64,000 nt of DNA from Octopus bimaculoides (taxonomy: Eukaryota). Both the position numbers and the translations under genes were made by a program. This document shows positions 37,677 to 51,298 of this stretch, piece by piece. Numbering within the stretch: position 1 is the stretch's first letter; every line of letters begins with the position of its first letter. The notes under the pieces are model-generated. The model saw only the letters and a program-made list of their open reading frames with translations. It searched no databases and was not told where the DNA came from. Location of the stretch: assembly GCF_001194135.2 (NCBI RefSeq), contig NC_068984.1, positions 5,612,693-5,676,692 on the forward strand, written 5' to 3'.

Positions 37677-38085
37677 TAGGCGCAGACGTGGCTGTGTGAT
37701 AAGAAGCTTGCTAATCAACCGCATGATTCTGGGTTCAGAATCCGACTGGGTGGCACCTTGGTCAAGTGTCTTCTTCTATAGCCTCAGGCTAACCAAAGTC
37801 TCGTGACTGGAATTGGTAGACGTAAACTGAAAGAAACCCCTCGCGCGCTTGCGCGCGCGTGTGTGTGTGTGTGTGTGTGAGAGAGAATCTCAATATGTAT
37901 GTGTCTTTGTGTCTGTTCTCCTTCACCACTTGACAGTCGTTGTTGGTGGATACGTCTCTGTGACTTAGCAGTTTGACAGAATAAGTATCAGACTCTAAAA
38001 AAATAAGTACTAGGAACGATTCATTAGACTAAAAGTATTTCTAAGCAGTGCTCCAGCATGACCGTAGTTTAATGACCGATACAAG
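37677..38085 (+). mobile_element. tRNA-derived CORE-like SINE (family A)
   Basis: ggcgcagacgtggctgtgtg head, accttggtcaagt core and gcagtgctccagcatgaccgtag tail. Confidence 0.85.
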
Positions 38086-38920
38086 TAAAAGACAATACTT
38101 AGAGCATGAGTAGGCTATCCATGCCAAATGCGAAGTAAAACGACGTCGGTTGTTCGAAGAAACTAAACGAACCAAATCGAGAAATTTCGAAATATCCATC
38201 AACCTGTACACAGGTGCGAGAATTTCTAAAAATACATCAAGACTGCATGCAAAATCCATTAGCAGGGATTTCAAAAGCAATTTTAGCATGAGCAATTATT
38301 TAGCTAAATGCGAACGGGACGCATTCATGAACGGATGTGTTTTAAATAAATCATTTTTAGTACAATAAATCAAATAACAATCTGAAGCCAATCAATTTTG
38401 TAGTAAGTATTTTATAATGTAAAGGTGTTTATAAGTGAATATAAACTAGTTGCGCCTGTGGAAATTCCAAGGGATACATATTAATCTTCCCTATTAAAGC
38501 TAGATAATTATGGAACATTCAGCATGTATATTGATCTTGTGATACATGTACACGGAATTATATTAACATATTACAGTTCACCATTTATTATTTAAATGTC
38601 AGCTAATTTGACACGTAATCTGACATTATTAACACTAGCACCGCTATCACTTTTATTTCTGCTATAAATGTATTCTGTATGATCACTACGAAGATCAAAG
38701 CAACAGGCGCCCTACCTACAAACGTAGTGTATGGTGATAGGATCATGTTGAGGCGGCGACGGAGGAGGAGGAGGTGGTGTGTTAAGTTAGACCACGTGGT
38801 TGATGATGTTGGTGTCTACATGTGTTAAGTGTAAACTGCATAAAAATACTCTATAAAGCGAAAACTATTGCAAGTCAGATCAAAAAGAAAACTTCATCTA
38901 GCAAGCAACAAACCCTTCAA

Positions 38921-38962
<42 letters not shown>

Positions 38963-41283
38963 TACAAAAAAAACACAAACTCGTTCCGAAACATTAACAG
39001 AAGAAAGTAACGTTCCTGTCTAAGCGCATCTGGGATATAGAGGGAGAAAACATAGAACACAATATGTATCCTCTTGTTTAAAATATTTCAGAATTTTCTC
39101 CTTAGCATCGTAGAAAAATTCATCCTCACCTCACGCTATATACACTTAATAAGGGAAAAGAGATCATGTTTCTCTGCAAGCACGAAAATGAATTTATATT
39201 AATATATATTCCAAACTGAAACAACAATGGAGCAACAAGGGAAACATAGATTCCAACACAAGCAATACTGAATAACATTCGCATTGTGTTTCGGCACGAA
39301 ACTATTAGTCCCTGAGTAACATCTGTTGCAATTGTACGTATGGTTTAACTATGTTCATATATTTGTGTAATAATGTGATAAACGTGTGTGTTCGTCACAT
39401 ATTTGTCTCTGGAACTATAATTAAACATCAGCTTCTGCAACAGAATTATGAATGAGAGTCGACAATTCTCAATGTAAATGACATGTGTTTTAATAGAAAC
39501 AGCAGCGACACTGCAGTAGTAGTCGTAGGAATATAAGAAGCCGTGACTGATCAGAGTAGAAAAGTGAAACGACAACACGTACAGTTGACAGAAAAAAGAA
39601 GTCACTCAATTTTAATTACGACATCACTGTTCTTTATAAACAACAACAACAACAACAAGAACAACAACAGTGATAAAAGCAGTAAAGATTAACAACAACA
39701 ACAATGGCTCCTGAAACAATATAACATCTCATCACAAATTCTGCCGTCGCCATTTTGGTTGTCGTCATCGTTGTTGTCGATTGCATTCTCATCAATCACC
39801 ATCAGCAACAACATTATTGAACAATGATTACCCAAAATAGAAACCATTACTATCAACAAACAACTGTAACACCACCCAGAGCAACAACACCAACAACAAC
39901 GTATTCGGCTTAAAGGTGTAATTAGACTATTGTTCCTACTGTATTTTCTTCTGAAAGTGTCAGAAAGGGAAAGTCAACAAGCAATCTTGACTACATTCGT
40001 TCTAGTAAAATTAGCCAACAATGGAAAATCTAAGATCGATAAAGTACATAGAAACTAGTTCTTTCACTAAACGTTACTCTAAAAGAATATTTTCTAAAGA
40101 GAATTCCTATATTTACCCTCCAATGTGAAATGTATGTCAGTTTATAAGAGAAGGGAATGTGTTTCTTCTCTGCTGTAACACTTCATCGTTTTCAATTCCC
40201 AAACTGCCGACATATGGAGTTTTGCTACCATTATTGAAGTTGCAGATGATGCAGCTGTTAGAACTGTGCAGCTGATGGAATGGTTTCTCTCTGTGTTTCG
40301 TGGAACTTTCACTATTTCTGCTTTGGGTTAGTTGTTGCTTCAATAGAAAATATATTCTTGATCCAACAGAATTTCCGTCACCATTTTCAGAGATGCTGTT
40401 CGTGTCTGGCAGCATCTACGTCGTTCGAAATAGAAAATATTACATTTTGATCTCTTCCTCCACCCAACCACACGTAAGCAAACAGTGTACTCAGTACATT
40501 CCTTATTCATCTGTCATAGGATGACAAACAATATTTCGTCTTTAATCAGTCAAATTTAAATCCCATCCACCAATTCCAGTCAGCCGTTGTACGCCAAGTA
40601 ACTTTTATAAGATATAAACTCGTCTCGTATAACCAAAGGAATTATTCATCGTTTATCTCGTGTTATGGCGTAGAACCAACATGTTTCTTAATTTATTGAT
40701 GGAGGTCTATAATTACTGAACATCCATCTTCCAAGTACTACGCTTCCCTGAGATGGCAAACATTTCTGACACATTGAAGCCAACATTTTATATATTGCTA
40801 TAAATGGTTTTATTTCGAAGAAAACCACAAAATTGGTCTGAAAAAAATAATTTGAAGGACATCTTCAAATTTATGAAATCGTTGAAATCGTCTTGATGCC
40901 CCAACCAAATTCTACTAGAGACAAGAAAGGGATCAGAAAACATCTGTGAAAGGATTCCAATACACAGCAGACAACAATGATTAGTGCTGTAGGAATGAAC
41001 GACATAGTTCTGACATAGAATGGAAATTTGAATCATGAGACAGAAACTGATCGAGCAAAATAAAGAAGGCTTTTACTCAAAAGAGGGAAGACAGCGATCG
41101 ATTTGATTGATTATATTACTCTGGTGAAAAGAGACAGTTGGGGTGGGTATAATCTAAGAGTAGGAAGAGATTAAAGTTCTTCAGATGTTTGAATATAAAG
41201 AAAAAATGTGAAGAGAGGCAATCCAGTGATCCATAAACGTGGCAAGAAGGGCGTGTATGGAAGTATATAATGTACAAAAGACA

Positions 41284-41345
<62 letters not shown>

Positions 41346-41598
41346 NNNNNNNNNNNNNNNNNNNNNNNNNNNNNNNNNNNNNNNNNNNNNNNNNNNNNNN
41401 NNNNNNNNNNNNNNNNNNNNNNNNNNNNNNNNNNNNNNNNNNNNNNNNNNNNNNNNNNNNNNNNTAAATTATCTTAATTTTTGAAAGCCAAAACTGTGCA
41501 AGATACAAGAAACAAATTGCATTTCTTTCATCTTTTATTTCGGGGTTAGAGTCCTTCAGAAAATCTGAGATTCGGTGTTGTAAGCTGGGTTTTCTGTT

Positions 41599-41638
<40 letters not shown>

Positions 41639-42319
41639 GTGTGAATGTGAGTACGCACTTATATAGATGTGTACACAACGTAATGTAAGAGAGTAAAGCG
41701 TATCATACGAAAAGATGATCTGAATGTCACCTCCAGGTTTGCTACGAGCAGTCATGGATAATTCAATCTTGGAAGAACCTGACAATAGATCATTAATCTG
41801 ATTGAATAATCATGTAAAATAGTGTCCTGACAACTTTTGTCAAAATCCTTATGATGAAAAGCCATCCAATGAAATTTTTGTGTTTTAGACAAATATTATC
41901 CTGACGAGATTCATATGCATAAATATGAATATTTTATAAATTCATTAGTGAATATGAATTGAAACAAATCGTAGGATATATATCTGTTTTAATTATTTGT
42001 TATATTATATCTTTTTGTAGTATAATTATATTATATTACAACATTAATAAATTTATATGTCAATTGTATTTCTCTATTTCCTTTGATATTTGCATATTTT
42101 CTCTACTATATTGTGGCATTTAACTGAAGAACCAGTGAAAATTCGCTGTTTTCTATCCCTTTGAAGGAAATTGTCTTTTTTCCTTGGATTGAATAATAAT
42201 AATTATTATTATATACATTTTTGTTTATAGATATATATTGTATATAAATACGTGTGCATATAATATATAAACTGTGTGTGTGTGTGTATGTGTGTATGTA
42301 TGTATAATATATATATATA

Positions 42320-43010
42320 TATATATATATCATCATCATCATCATCGTTTAACGTCCGCTTTCCATGCTAGCATGGGTTGGACGATTTGACTGAGGACTG
42401 GTGAAACCGGATGGCAACACCAGGCTCCAGTCTGATTTGGCAGAGTTTCTACAGCTGGATGCCCTTCCTAACGCCAACCACTCAGAGAGTGTAGTGGGTG
42501 CTTTTACGTGTCACCCGCACGAAAACGGCCACGCTCGAAATGGTGTCTTTTATGTGCNNNNNNNNNNNNNNNNNNNNNNNNNNNNNNNNNNNNNNNNNNN
42601 NNNNNNNNNNNNNNNNNNNNNNNNNNNNNNNNNNNNNNNNNNNNNNNNNNNNNNNNNNNNNNNNNNNNNNNNNNNNNNNNNNNNNNNNNNNNNNNNNNNN
42701 NNNNNNNNNNNNNNNNNNNNNNNNNNNNNNNNNNNNNNNNNNNNNNNNNNNNNNNNNNNNNNNNNNNNNNNNNNNNNNNNNNNNNNNNNNNNNNNNNNNN
42801 NNNNNNNNNNNNNNNNNNNNNNNNNNNNNNNNNNNNNNNNNNNNNNNNNNNNNNNNNNNNNNNNNNNNNNNNNNNNNNNNNNNNNCTATCCTCCTCCATT
42901 CTCACCACATGTCCATACCAGCGCAATCGTCTCTCTTGCACGCCACAACTGATGCTTCTAATGTTCAGCTTTTCTCTCAAGATACACTCTGACGGGTATT
43001 CACATTGACA
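42320..43010 (-). mobile_element. 3' end of an RTE-clade LINE interrupted by an N gap
   Basis: Minus frame MREKLNIRSISCGVQERRLRWYGHVVRMEED (RLRWxGHV motif). It ends in a (GAT)n tail, seen as catcatcat at about 42330. Confidence 0.8.
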
Positions 43011-43356
43011 TTACACATCCAACGGAGCATACTGGCTTCATTCCTTGCGAGCTTACGTATGTCCTCAGCAACCTTCTAAATTTGTTTACGAAGAAGTTTG
43101 AATAAAGTTCCTATTCCATTATGCCGGCCACAGTCTACGGCCTACACCGTAATCATCCTAGGAATACGGCCTGTGATCTTAAGAGACATGTGACTTGTGG
43201 AAACACGTGTAGCGATACAGTTTACCAACTCCATTCAAGGATTCCTGTTACTATATACTATATATTTATAAACATAAATATGCAGATATGTATAAATATT
43301 TAAACATAGGTGCGCATATATTTATGCATACGTAAGCATGTGTGTGTTTGTGTGTT

Positions 43357-43396
<40 letters not shown>

Positions 43397-43499
43397 GAGA
43401 GAGTGTGTGTATTTGTGTGAAAGAGAGAGAGAGAGATTCGGTAAAATCTTATTTACCCCTATTGTGACACCACCATTTCTATGATTATTGATTTTTTCC

Positions 43500-44300
43500 C
43501 CTACCATTTTGGCTGTAGGGAAACAGAATAAACTCTGTCTGGAGGTGTGCATCGAAGAAGAGACGAGCATCAGTGACAAACCACTCAGTGGAAGACCATC
43601 AGCTGCGGCTATTCACACAAATCTCCATCGAGTGGGCAACTTGATGAGCGCTGACGGACGAATTGCAATCCGTGAACTTGCTCTGCAACTGTACTACGGT
43701 CATTATGCAATACAAAAGATGGAAGATTTCAGGTATCGGAATATGTGTACAAAATACGAAAATCGATATGGACACCCCGTTTAAATGAAACAAGAATGGA
43801 AATTCTCACCAATCTGCTAATAGCGACGCGTCTTCTCCCGATCGGATCGCAGATAATAAAATGTGGACGTAATTATTTTTGATCCAGTAATGAAAAATCA
43901 GTCCATAAGCCATGGAGAAGAGGTGCAATACTGACCTAGAATTCAGGAGACGGTGATCGTAAGAGAAAATCGTGAGAACTGTATTGGAGGGATAACAACG
44001 GGGTTATTCTCCTTAAGACATTTTTTTTGTTTTGAAATGCAACTGTATATTGAACTGTGGAATGTACCTTGAGACACTTAAAAGGCTTAGAGAAGGCATC
44101 GGAAAAAAGATCGAAAAGAAACTGAAAACAATCGACATTCGCCAAGGCACTGCGCGAACAAACATCTCTTTGACAACAAATCGGGTAATCGGAAAACTGA
44201 GCTGGTTATTGGTCCTCCAACCACCAAAAAACATGGACCTGATGCCCTTCAGCAGTCACCTGCTTCGTCTATTTAAAATGGGTCTTCGAGGACAAAGGTG
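43500..44300 (+). mobile_element. Heavily decayed mariner transposase relic
   Basis: EETSISDKPLSGRPSAA...ADGRIAIRELA (HTH) and YLETLKRLREGI, with a degenerate PPxSPDLxPxDxHL region followed by LFKMGLRGQR. Confidence 0.75.
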
Positions 44301-44399
44301 AGGTGAAAGTGGCTATGAAGAATTTGTTATAATAATGTAATTCTAAATTCTTTGAAAGGGAAATCGAAATTTACATTTAATGATGACGCAAATACATAA

Positions 44400-44714
44400 C
44401 ACAAAGTGAATTGCACTTAGATAGCATAGACTGCTGGGTACATTTTATGAAAATGAGACTACCATGCAGTCATAAAAAACAATAAAATAGTTCAAATATT
44501 TTGCTAGTATATAATAGTGGCAAGCTTTGTATCGCCTGAAAAGGCATCAGTTGACCTTTTAGTCCTCTTGCATTTTGGCGGGTATAAGAGTGTTTTAGTG
44601 ACATTAGACCTCAACAACAGCCCATAAATTAAATGCCTCTATCTGGGCCACAATTGAGGCCTGTCGACCTGTTCCTTCGGCCACGATCGTGGCCCATCGC
44701 GCTTTATGTGTTAA
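44400..44714. mobile_element. Second copy of the piggyBac-type MITE
   Basis: Aligns with 469-745, including tatgaaaatgagactaccatgca, the ggccacgatcgtggcc palindrome and the cgctttatgtgTTAA end. Confidence 0.7.
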
Positions 44715-44873
44715 ATATATATAGAAGAAAACTTTACGAATATGCGCACTTTGGGTAACCTGCGTCAGCTTATAAAAGGGTTATGCTTACATTTGTATTA
44801 CTTTCAGCCATCCTATATACACCCGGTATATGTTTGAATATGCAAACCGGGTGGAGTAACAAATACTTTTGCT

Positions 44874-45272
44874 AGGAGTGGCTGTGTGGTAAGTAACTTG
44901 CTTACCAACCACATGGTTCCGGGTTCAGTCCCACTGCATGGCACCTTGGGCAAGTGTCTTCTACTATAGTCTCGGGCCGACCAAAGCCTTGTAAGTGGAT
45001 TTGTTAGACGGAAACTGAAAGAAGCCCGTCGTATATATGTGTATATATATATATATATGTATGTGTTGGTGCGTCTGTGTTTGTCCCCCCAACATCGCTA
45101 GACAACCGATGGTGGTGTGTTTACGTCCCCGTAACCTAGCGGTTCGGCAAAAGAGATCGATAGAATAAGTACTAGGCTTCCAAAGAATAAGTCCTGGGGT
45201 CGATTTGCTCGACTAAAGGCGGTGCTCCAGCATCACCGCAGTCAAATGACTGAAACAAGTAAAAAAGAGTAA
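44874..45272 (+). mobile_element. Full-length tRNA-derived CORE-like SINE (family A), well preserved
   Basis: A box TGGCTGTGTGG (44879), B box GGTTCAGTCCC (44922), core ACCTTGGGCAAGT and tail ggcggtgctccagcat...actgaaacaagtaaaa. Confidence 0.9.
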
Positions 45273-45291
45273 ATATATATATATATATATA

Positions 45292-45337
<46 letters not shown>

Positions 45338-45943
45338 TGCTGAAAAATAGCGAAATATTTACTCAGACGCAGCAGTTTCGTATGTCATGGTTGTCTAATT
45401 CTTTTACATATAGATGAATTTGAAGAACTGACCAAAATTCTATTTCCAGGTTTTCTGTCTTTTTTTTCTTTTAATTTTTATATTTAGAGATTGACTCTAC
45501 ATTGTGAAATTATTCATGAAACCAATAGCGTGAAATAAAATATATAACAGCTAATTTAACTATGCTCTGTTCAAATAAAAGCAGGCGGGGAGTGGACAAA
45601 TAGCAAAATCATGTACGAGAACACTTTACAAAAAGAATGTTTTATATCATACAAGCACATATTTACTCTACAGATAGCTATATCTACAGATAGATTAGAT
45701 ATAGATAGGTATGGATAGACTAACAGGTACGTAGATTGATATATTAGAAAGAAAGAGAGAGAGAGAGAGAGAGAGAGTTTGATTGATTGATAGTAAAAAA
45801 AGACCATTATAGCAGAGAACCAAACTAAAATAGTTCTATAAGGCCTGCTCAGATTGGTATAACTTTACAGCCCAAAGTCAGAAATTGATAAAAACAGCAA
45901 AGAACGGTTGGAGTTAGACATGAAAGCTTATATATACATACTC

Positions 45944-45983
<40 letters not shown>

Positions 45984-46721
45984 GGTAAAAGAGAAAAAAA
46001 AACTATATTGCGCTTTTTACACAAAAGAGGCAATAATAATAATAGTAGTAGTAATAGTAATAATAATTGGGGAAAGCAGCAGGAAAGAAAAATCTCTTCC
46101 TATTACTACCATCTATCCATCCATCCATTGTTCTATCAACATCGCTGTTGTAAAAACGAAAAACAAGAACATTTATAAAAAAAAAAACAATAATAAACAG
46201 CATGGCCATCAAGTAAATTCTCTGTGGTGCAGACAAACCATGTTGGCCACCATAAAAAATAAACTTGTAGAGAGAGAGATGGAGAGGGAAGGAGGGAGAC
46301 TGTTTATGTGTATGAGAGAGAGAGAGAGAAAAAAAAGAAGTGAGAGACTGACTAAGTGTAGTGTGTAGACACAATAAAAGCCATTTCAATCACTGGCATC
46401 GCCTGGGAAGCCGACCAGAGAGAACTGATAGCAAAATCAAAGCTAAATATTTTTGGTAATTCACAAAATAAATTACTTCACAGCATTTAGCGGAACGAAA
46501 CGACGGTGGTATTGACGGACTTGGAAATGGAATAGCGGAATAAAGCATAGAAATTGATGTGGAATTGGTGTGTGTGTGCTTTGTATGTGTTTGCGCGTTC
46601 TTCTATGCGTGTCTGGCGATGTGTGTGTGTGTGTGTGTGTGTGTGTTGCTTAATTTTGTTTTCGTGAAAATAAATTAATAAACAAATGAAAATGCATAGG
46701 TTTGCCTTTTCCTTGTTTCAG

Positions 46722-47045
46722 TCATTAGACTGTAGCCATGCTGGAGTAACGCCTGGAGTTGTTAACCGAATCGATTCCAGTACTTTTCTTTTTTAAGCCT
46801 GGTACTTCTATCGGTGTCTTTTCCTGAACCGCTATGTTACGGGGATGTAAGCAAACCAACATCGGTTGTAAAGCATTGGTGGGGTACACACACATGCACA
46901 CAACTATCTATATATCTATCTTATACACGACAGGCTTCTTTCAGTTTCCCTCTACCAAATCCACTCAAGACGCTACAGCAGAAGACACTTGCCCAAGGTG
47001 CCACGGACTGACCCAGAACCATGTGGTCAGGAAGCAAGCTTCATA
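46722..47045 (-). mobile_element. Family A SINE, antisense
   Basis: Reverse complement of the tail, body and head (cacttgcccaaggtgccac...cccagaaccatgtgg). Confidence 0.85.
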
Positions 47046-47759
47046 CCAACCAAAACAATAAAAAGGTGTAATACGAAGAAGAATACCAACAATTTTTGTA
47101 AGAAACCGTTTACGAAGCAGCAGCAGAAACAACAGCATAGAGCTATGAAGAATTGAATATCTATGTGTAAATGGAATGTTTTATTGGATAATAAGTTTTG
47201 ATGAATGATAAGCATATTGGCAGAGAACGTTAAGTTAACAGACCTCAGTACTTTATCGAACCAGGAAAAATAAAACTGTTAACTGGAAATTGGAAGGATT
47301 CGAATCCAGAATGCAAAGGGACGTAACTCAATATAGTCGGTTATTTAATCAGGCGCTCAACGTGTGGACTGCGTTACTTATTTATTTATTTATTTATTTA
47401 TTTTCAAAGTGAACATTTTGAGTTTTAATATAGGAACTAAATTAGTTGAGTAGATTCAGACCCCAGTTTCCAGTGGGTACTTACTTGAGCCAAGAGCTAA
47501 CTTACCTAAAATGTTGTAGTCACATTATTTTCAAATAACACTTTATCTTAAAAGTAGGAAAGACATGCTGATAAAAAAAAAAAACTATTCATTCTGCTTT
47601 TATATCATAGACTTTATTCTTTTAAGACTGAGTGCTGATTTGGAACTAAAACTTCTCATTTTTTATCCATGGCGGAATAGCAAAGGTAACGTTGACCACA
47701 GCAAGGTTTGAATTCACCACTAAAGTGCCGTAATTAAATATCTCAACTCTACAGATCTT

Positions 47760-47962
47760 TTCTACTCTAGGCACAAGGCCCGAAATTTAAGGGAAGAGGG
47801 CCAGTCGATTAGATAGACACCAGTACGCAACTGGTACTTAATTTATCGAACCCTAAAGGATAAAAGGTAAAGTCAACCGCGATGAAATTTGAACGTAAAG
47901 ACAGACGAAATACCGCTAAGCATTTCGCCCGGCGTGCTAACGTTTCATCCAGCTCGCTGCCT
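47760..47962 (-). mobile_element. Family B SINE, antisense
   Basis: tttctactctaggcacaaggcc...ccggcgtgctaacg...cagctcgctgcctt. Confidence 0.85.
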
Positions 47963-50900
47963 TCTCAACACTACAGATCTTGTTAGTCTACTGACATTTT
48001 AGGAGTAAAAATATCTATAAGGCTTGGTAAGTGATGTAATCTGGCGTTGAACTGAATTTATATGAAGTAGGTTGCGATCGACTGTTGAAATCAATGCTTT
48101 CCTGCCTTACCTGTACCGACGGTGTGTATGTACACGTACACTCACCCATTTCCCTCACAGATCAGGCCGGAGCTATAATAGAACTCAGCTGCCCAAAGGG
48201 CCGCAAAAATGAATGAGCCAGAAACTCCGTGGTCGTCAAGCAAATTTCTGTACAATAGCGCTGTCTCTGCCTATGCGAATATATATTTTGTTATTTAATA
48301 AAACTGTAATAACTATTTAATACATATGCTCTTTGTGTTTATGAGATGTGTGTGTGTGTACGTGCGTGTGTATGTGTGTGTAATGTAAGCGCGAGTGCGC
48401 AATCAGAAGACTCGTGGACAATAGTGCTCGTGTGTGGTCCTATTTATCGCCTAAAAAACAGCAATTATTTCCGTTTGTTTTCCCACTGCGCCATGTAAAA
48501 ATATGTACCCTGAGAATGAAATGAAATTTAGCAATCATTAAAAATGACATTGGTGAGATGTAGATTTACGTCAACAAGTATGATACAACGATATCTATTT
48601 AAACTTTAGACGTCACTTGTAGCTATATCAACTTTCATGACTACTTCCTTACTGGCCTAACAGAGGCCAACCAGTAATAAGGAATATAATGCCCAGACGA
48701 TTATATAATGAACTAAGGGGCCACGAGTTCAAACCTATCTCCAATGTTTTCTTGTGATTTAGGCACAGACATTTCACCCTTGCGTCGGAAAATCGAAACT
48801 AAACATGTTTTCTTTCAAATTCCAAAGTAAATTAGCGCTTGCAACCTAGACATTAATCGCTCAGCTATCTGACGTTTTAGCAATCCGAGTTTAAACATCA
48901 GCGATACTAATTGTTATTGCTAACATGCATTAACGGCAGAATTTCCAAGAATCGGGACAGAACCTCGAAATATCAGATTAGATGAGAATTAAAGGAAACC
49001 TGAATAGCCAAATAGATAGTAAGGAAAATGGAAACGCTCTTCATCTATAAGATGCGACATGGATAGCGCTGGAATTATCCCGTTTGATAGTGCGATAAAA
49101 ATCTAATATTAATTATATAAACACCGAGAACTAACGTACGACGAAGGTGAGAAAGGTTTTGCTGAACGAGGCCGTGATTTGTGAAATGCAATTACTAACG
49201 ACTCTGCGTCAGGAAAGCCAGGTAATGTGTTGCAACCGATATTTTTATGTTTGTTTTTATGGCTTCGTCAAATGATAATGGGCGGCTTCTGTGATCCTCA
49301 ATTGGAGTCTGTGATGCTGGCGGGATAAGTGAGTCAGTGATCCACAGGCTCGAATGCTTGCAGTAGTGGACATTACTATAGGCAAGCAGAGACTCGAGGG
49401 TGCTGTGAAAATGAGAGACGTATTAATTTTATGCCCCAAGGTTATAAGCAAAGGAAAGGGCCCTCCAGCGAGGCACCCAAACATCTTCCGTCTACAAACC
49501 ATCAGTTAAAATGCTTTTGGCCGAACCAAGGTTAATATCCAATAACCGCACAGTGGCTTTGAACAGAGAATCACACTTGCGAACCGAGATTCTTATCCAG
49601 ACAACAATGTCAATTTTATACGTAAATAATGTTTAAGTTGTTCTATCAGATCGATATATTTCGTAATTGAATTATTGATTATTTTTCATAATAGTAAAGT
49701 TTCGTGGCTTCGCGGTTAGGTTATTTGGCTCACGATCACAAAGCCATGAGTTCGATTTCCAGCATTGCGTTGAGTCTTTGAGCAAGACTCTTTATTTCAC
49801 GTTGTTCCAGTCTATTTAACTGGCAAAACTAAGTTGTACTTGTATGTCAAAAACTCAGCCTTGTCGCATTCTTTCACACTGAATCTCCCCGAGAACTACG
49901 TTAAAGGTATGCCTATCTCTGAAGTTCTGGGCCACTTGCGCATTAATTTCACGAGCACTCTCTTCTTTTGATGGGATCAACTGGAATCTTTGTCATCGTA
50001 ACTGAAAAGCGCCAGTTATTCATTCATAGAATTTTTCGTGGTCGTGACATCGATCTCTTAATGTTTTGATATTCGTTTAAAGTATTTATTAACACAACTA
50101 ACTGTTATGCATTATTTACGACATATCACATCTCATTTTGAGTTCAAATCACAGGCAGTTAAATAATTTAACCCCTTTGGCAGAAGAACAAATAAAATCA
50201 GACATCAATCACTTACAGGTGAAGAAAACTAAACAATACCAAAGTTAGCGATTCCCACGAACTGTGAATCCACAAACAGTTTCCACTTTACAAGAACAAC
50301 AACAACCCAGAACAACGAAACTAAGATATAAGAAATTCACAATTGAGCTTAACCTGTGTATATTCCTATCTTCAGCTGCCAAAAGGGATATCAAAATGAT
50401 TTCGACACCTGGACAGCACACTCAATCCAGTGGTTTTCATCTATAACGTTAATATTTCAATCAGCTCTAGTTATTTGATAATTGAACGATAATTCTTTTA
50501 AAACGTGACATCCCCCATTCTTTTAATTGGGAAAATGTATATTTTTTGTAGTCGTTAGTCTGAAAAGAGTTGTAATGGTTTTAGATTCGTTTGACAAAAT
50601 TTCGGTTCCGTTCTTTTTATTAAATGATAAAGATGACTTGTGATCCATACGGCTTATAAACCTACTTTTCTAATATTCGTAAGAACTCTTAAGGAAAGCA
50701 TGTTCGGTATACAGAGTAAAAAGGTTTTATATATCTCAATGAAATGCATGAGCTATTTGTCTTTTAATTCATTTGAAAAACTAAACAACAAAAAAACTAT
50801 TACAGTTGTTTTCAATCTTTTTTTTCTTTCATCACTTGTTTACATGTTATAACTTATACGGAAACTGTTAACCACACACACACGCGGAGGATCGTGTATG

Positions 50901-50977
50901 TGTGTATGTGTGTGTGTATGCATGTGTGTATATACGTGTGTTTGTGTGTGTATATAACTGTATATAGTCTTTGTAGT

Positions 50978-51298
50978 GAAGCCGCGTGGCTTAGTGGTTA
51001 GGGCATTCGAATCACGATCGTACGGTCGTGAGTTCAATTCCCGGCGACGCGTTGTGTCCTTGCACAAGACACTTTATTTCACGTTGCTCCAGTCCACTCA
51101 GTTGGCAAAAATGAGTAGTACCTGTATCTCAAAGGGCCGGTCTTGTCACACTCTGTGTCACGCTGAATATCCCTGAGAACTACGTTAAGGATACACGTGT
51201 CTGTGGATTGCTCAGTCATTTGCACGTTAATTTCACGAGCAAGCTGTTCCGTTGACCGTTTCGGCTGAAACCCTTGTCGTCGTAACCGACGGAGTGCT
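50978..51298 (+). mobile_element. Full-length tRNA-derived CORE-like SINE (family C)
   Basis: A box TGGCTTAGTGG (50987), B box GTTCAATTCC (51032) and core gtgtccttgcacaagacacttta. A degenerate copy lies at about 49700-50010; partial copies at 52420-52560, 60900-61070 and 27225-27365 (minus). Confidence 0.88.

Noticed and set aside
39627-39753. Minus-strand ATGGCG start giving MATAEFV...CCCCCC
   Set aside because: The Cys/Val runs derive from (TTG)n microsatellites; the frame is short with no coding support.
50978-51050. Possible tRNA gene (A and B boxes)
   Set aside because: There is no 3' acceptor stem or T-run terminator, and it runs into the SINE core. The other tRNA-like heads in the window are likewise SINE heads.
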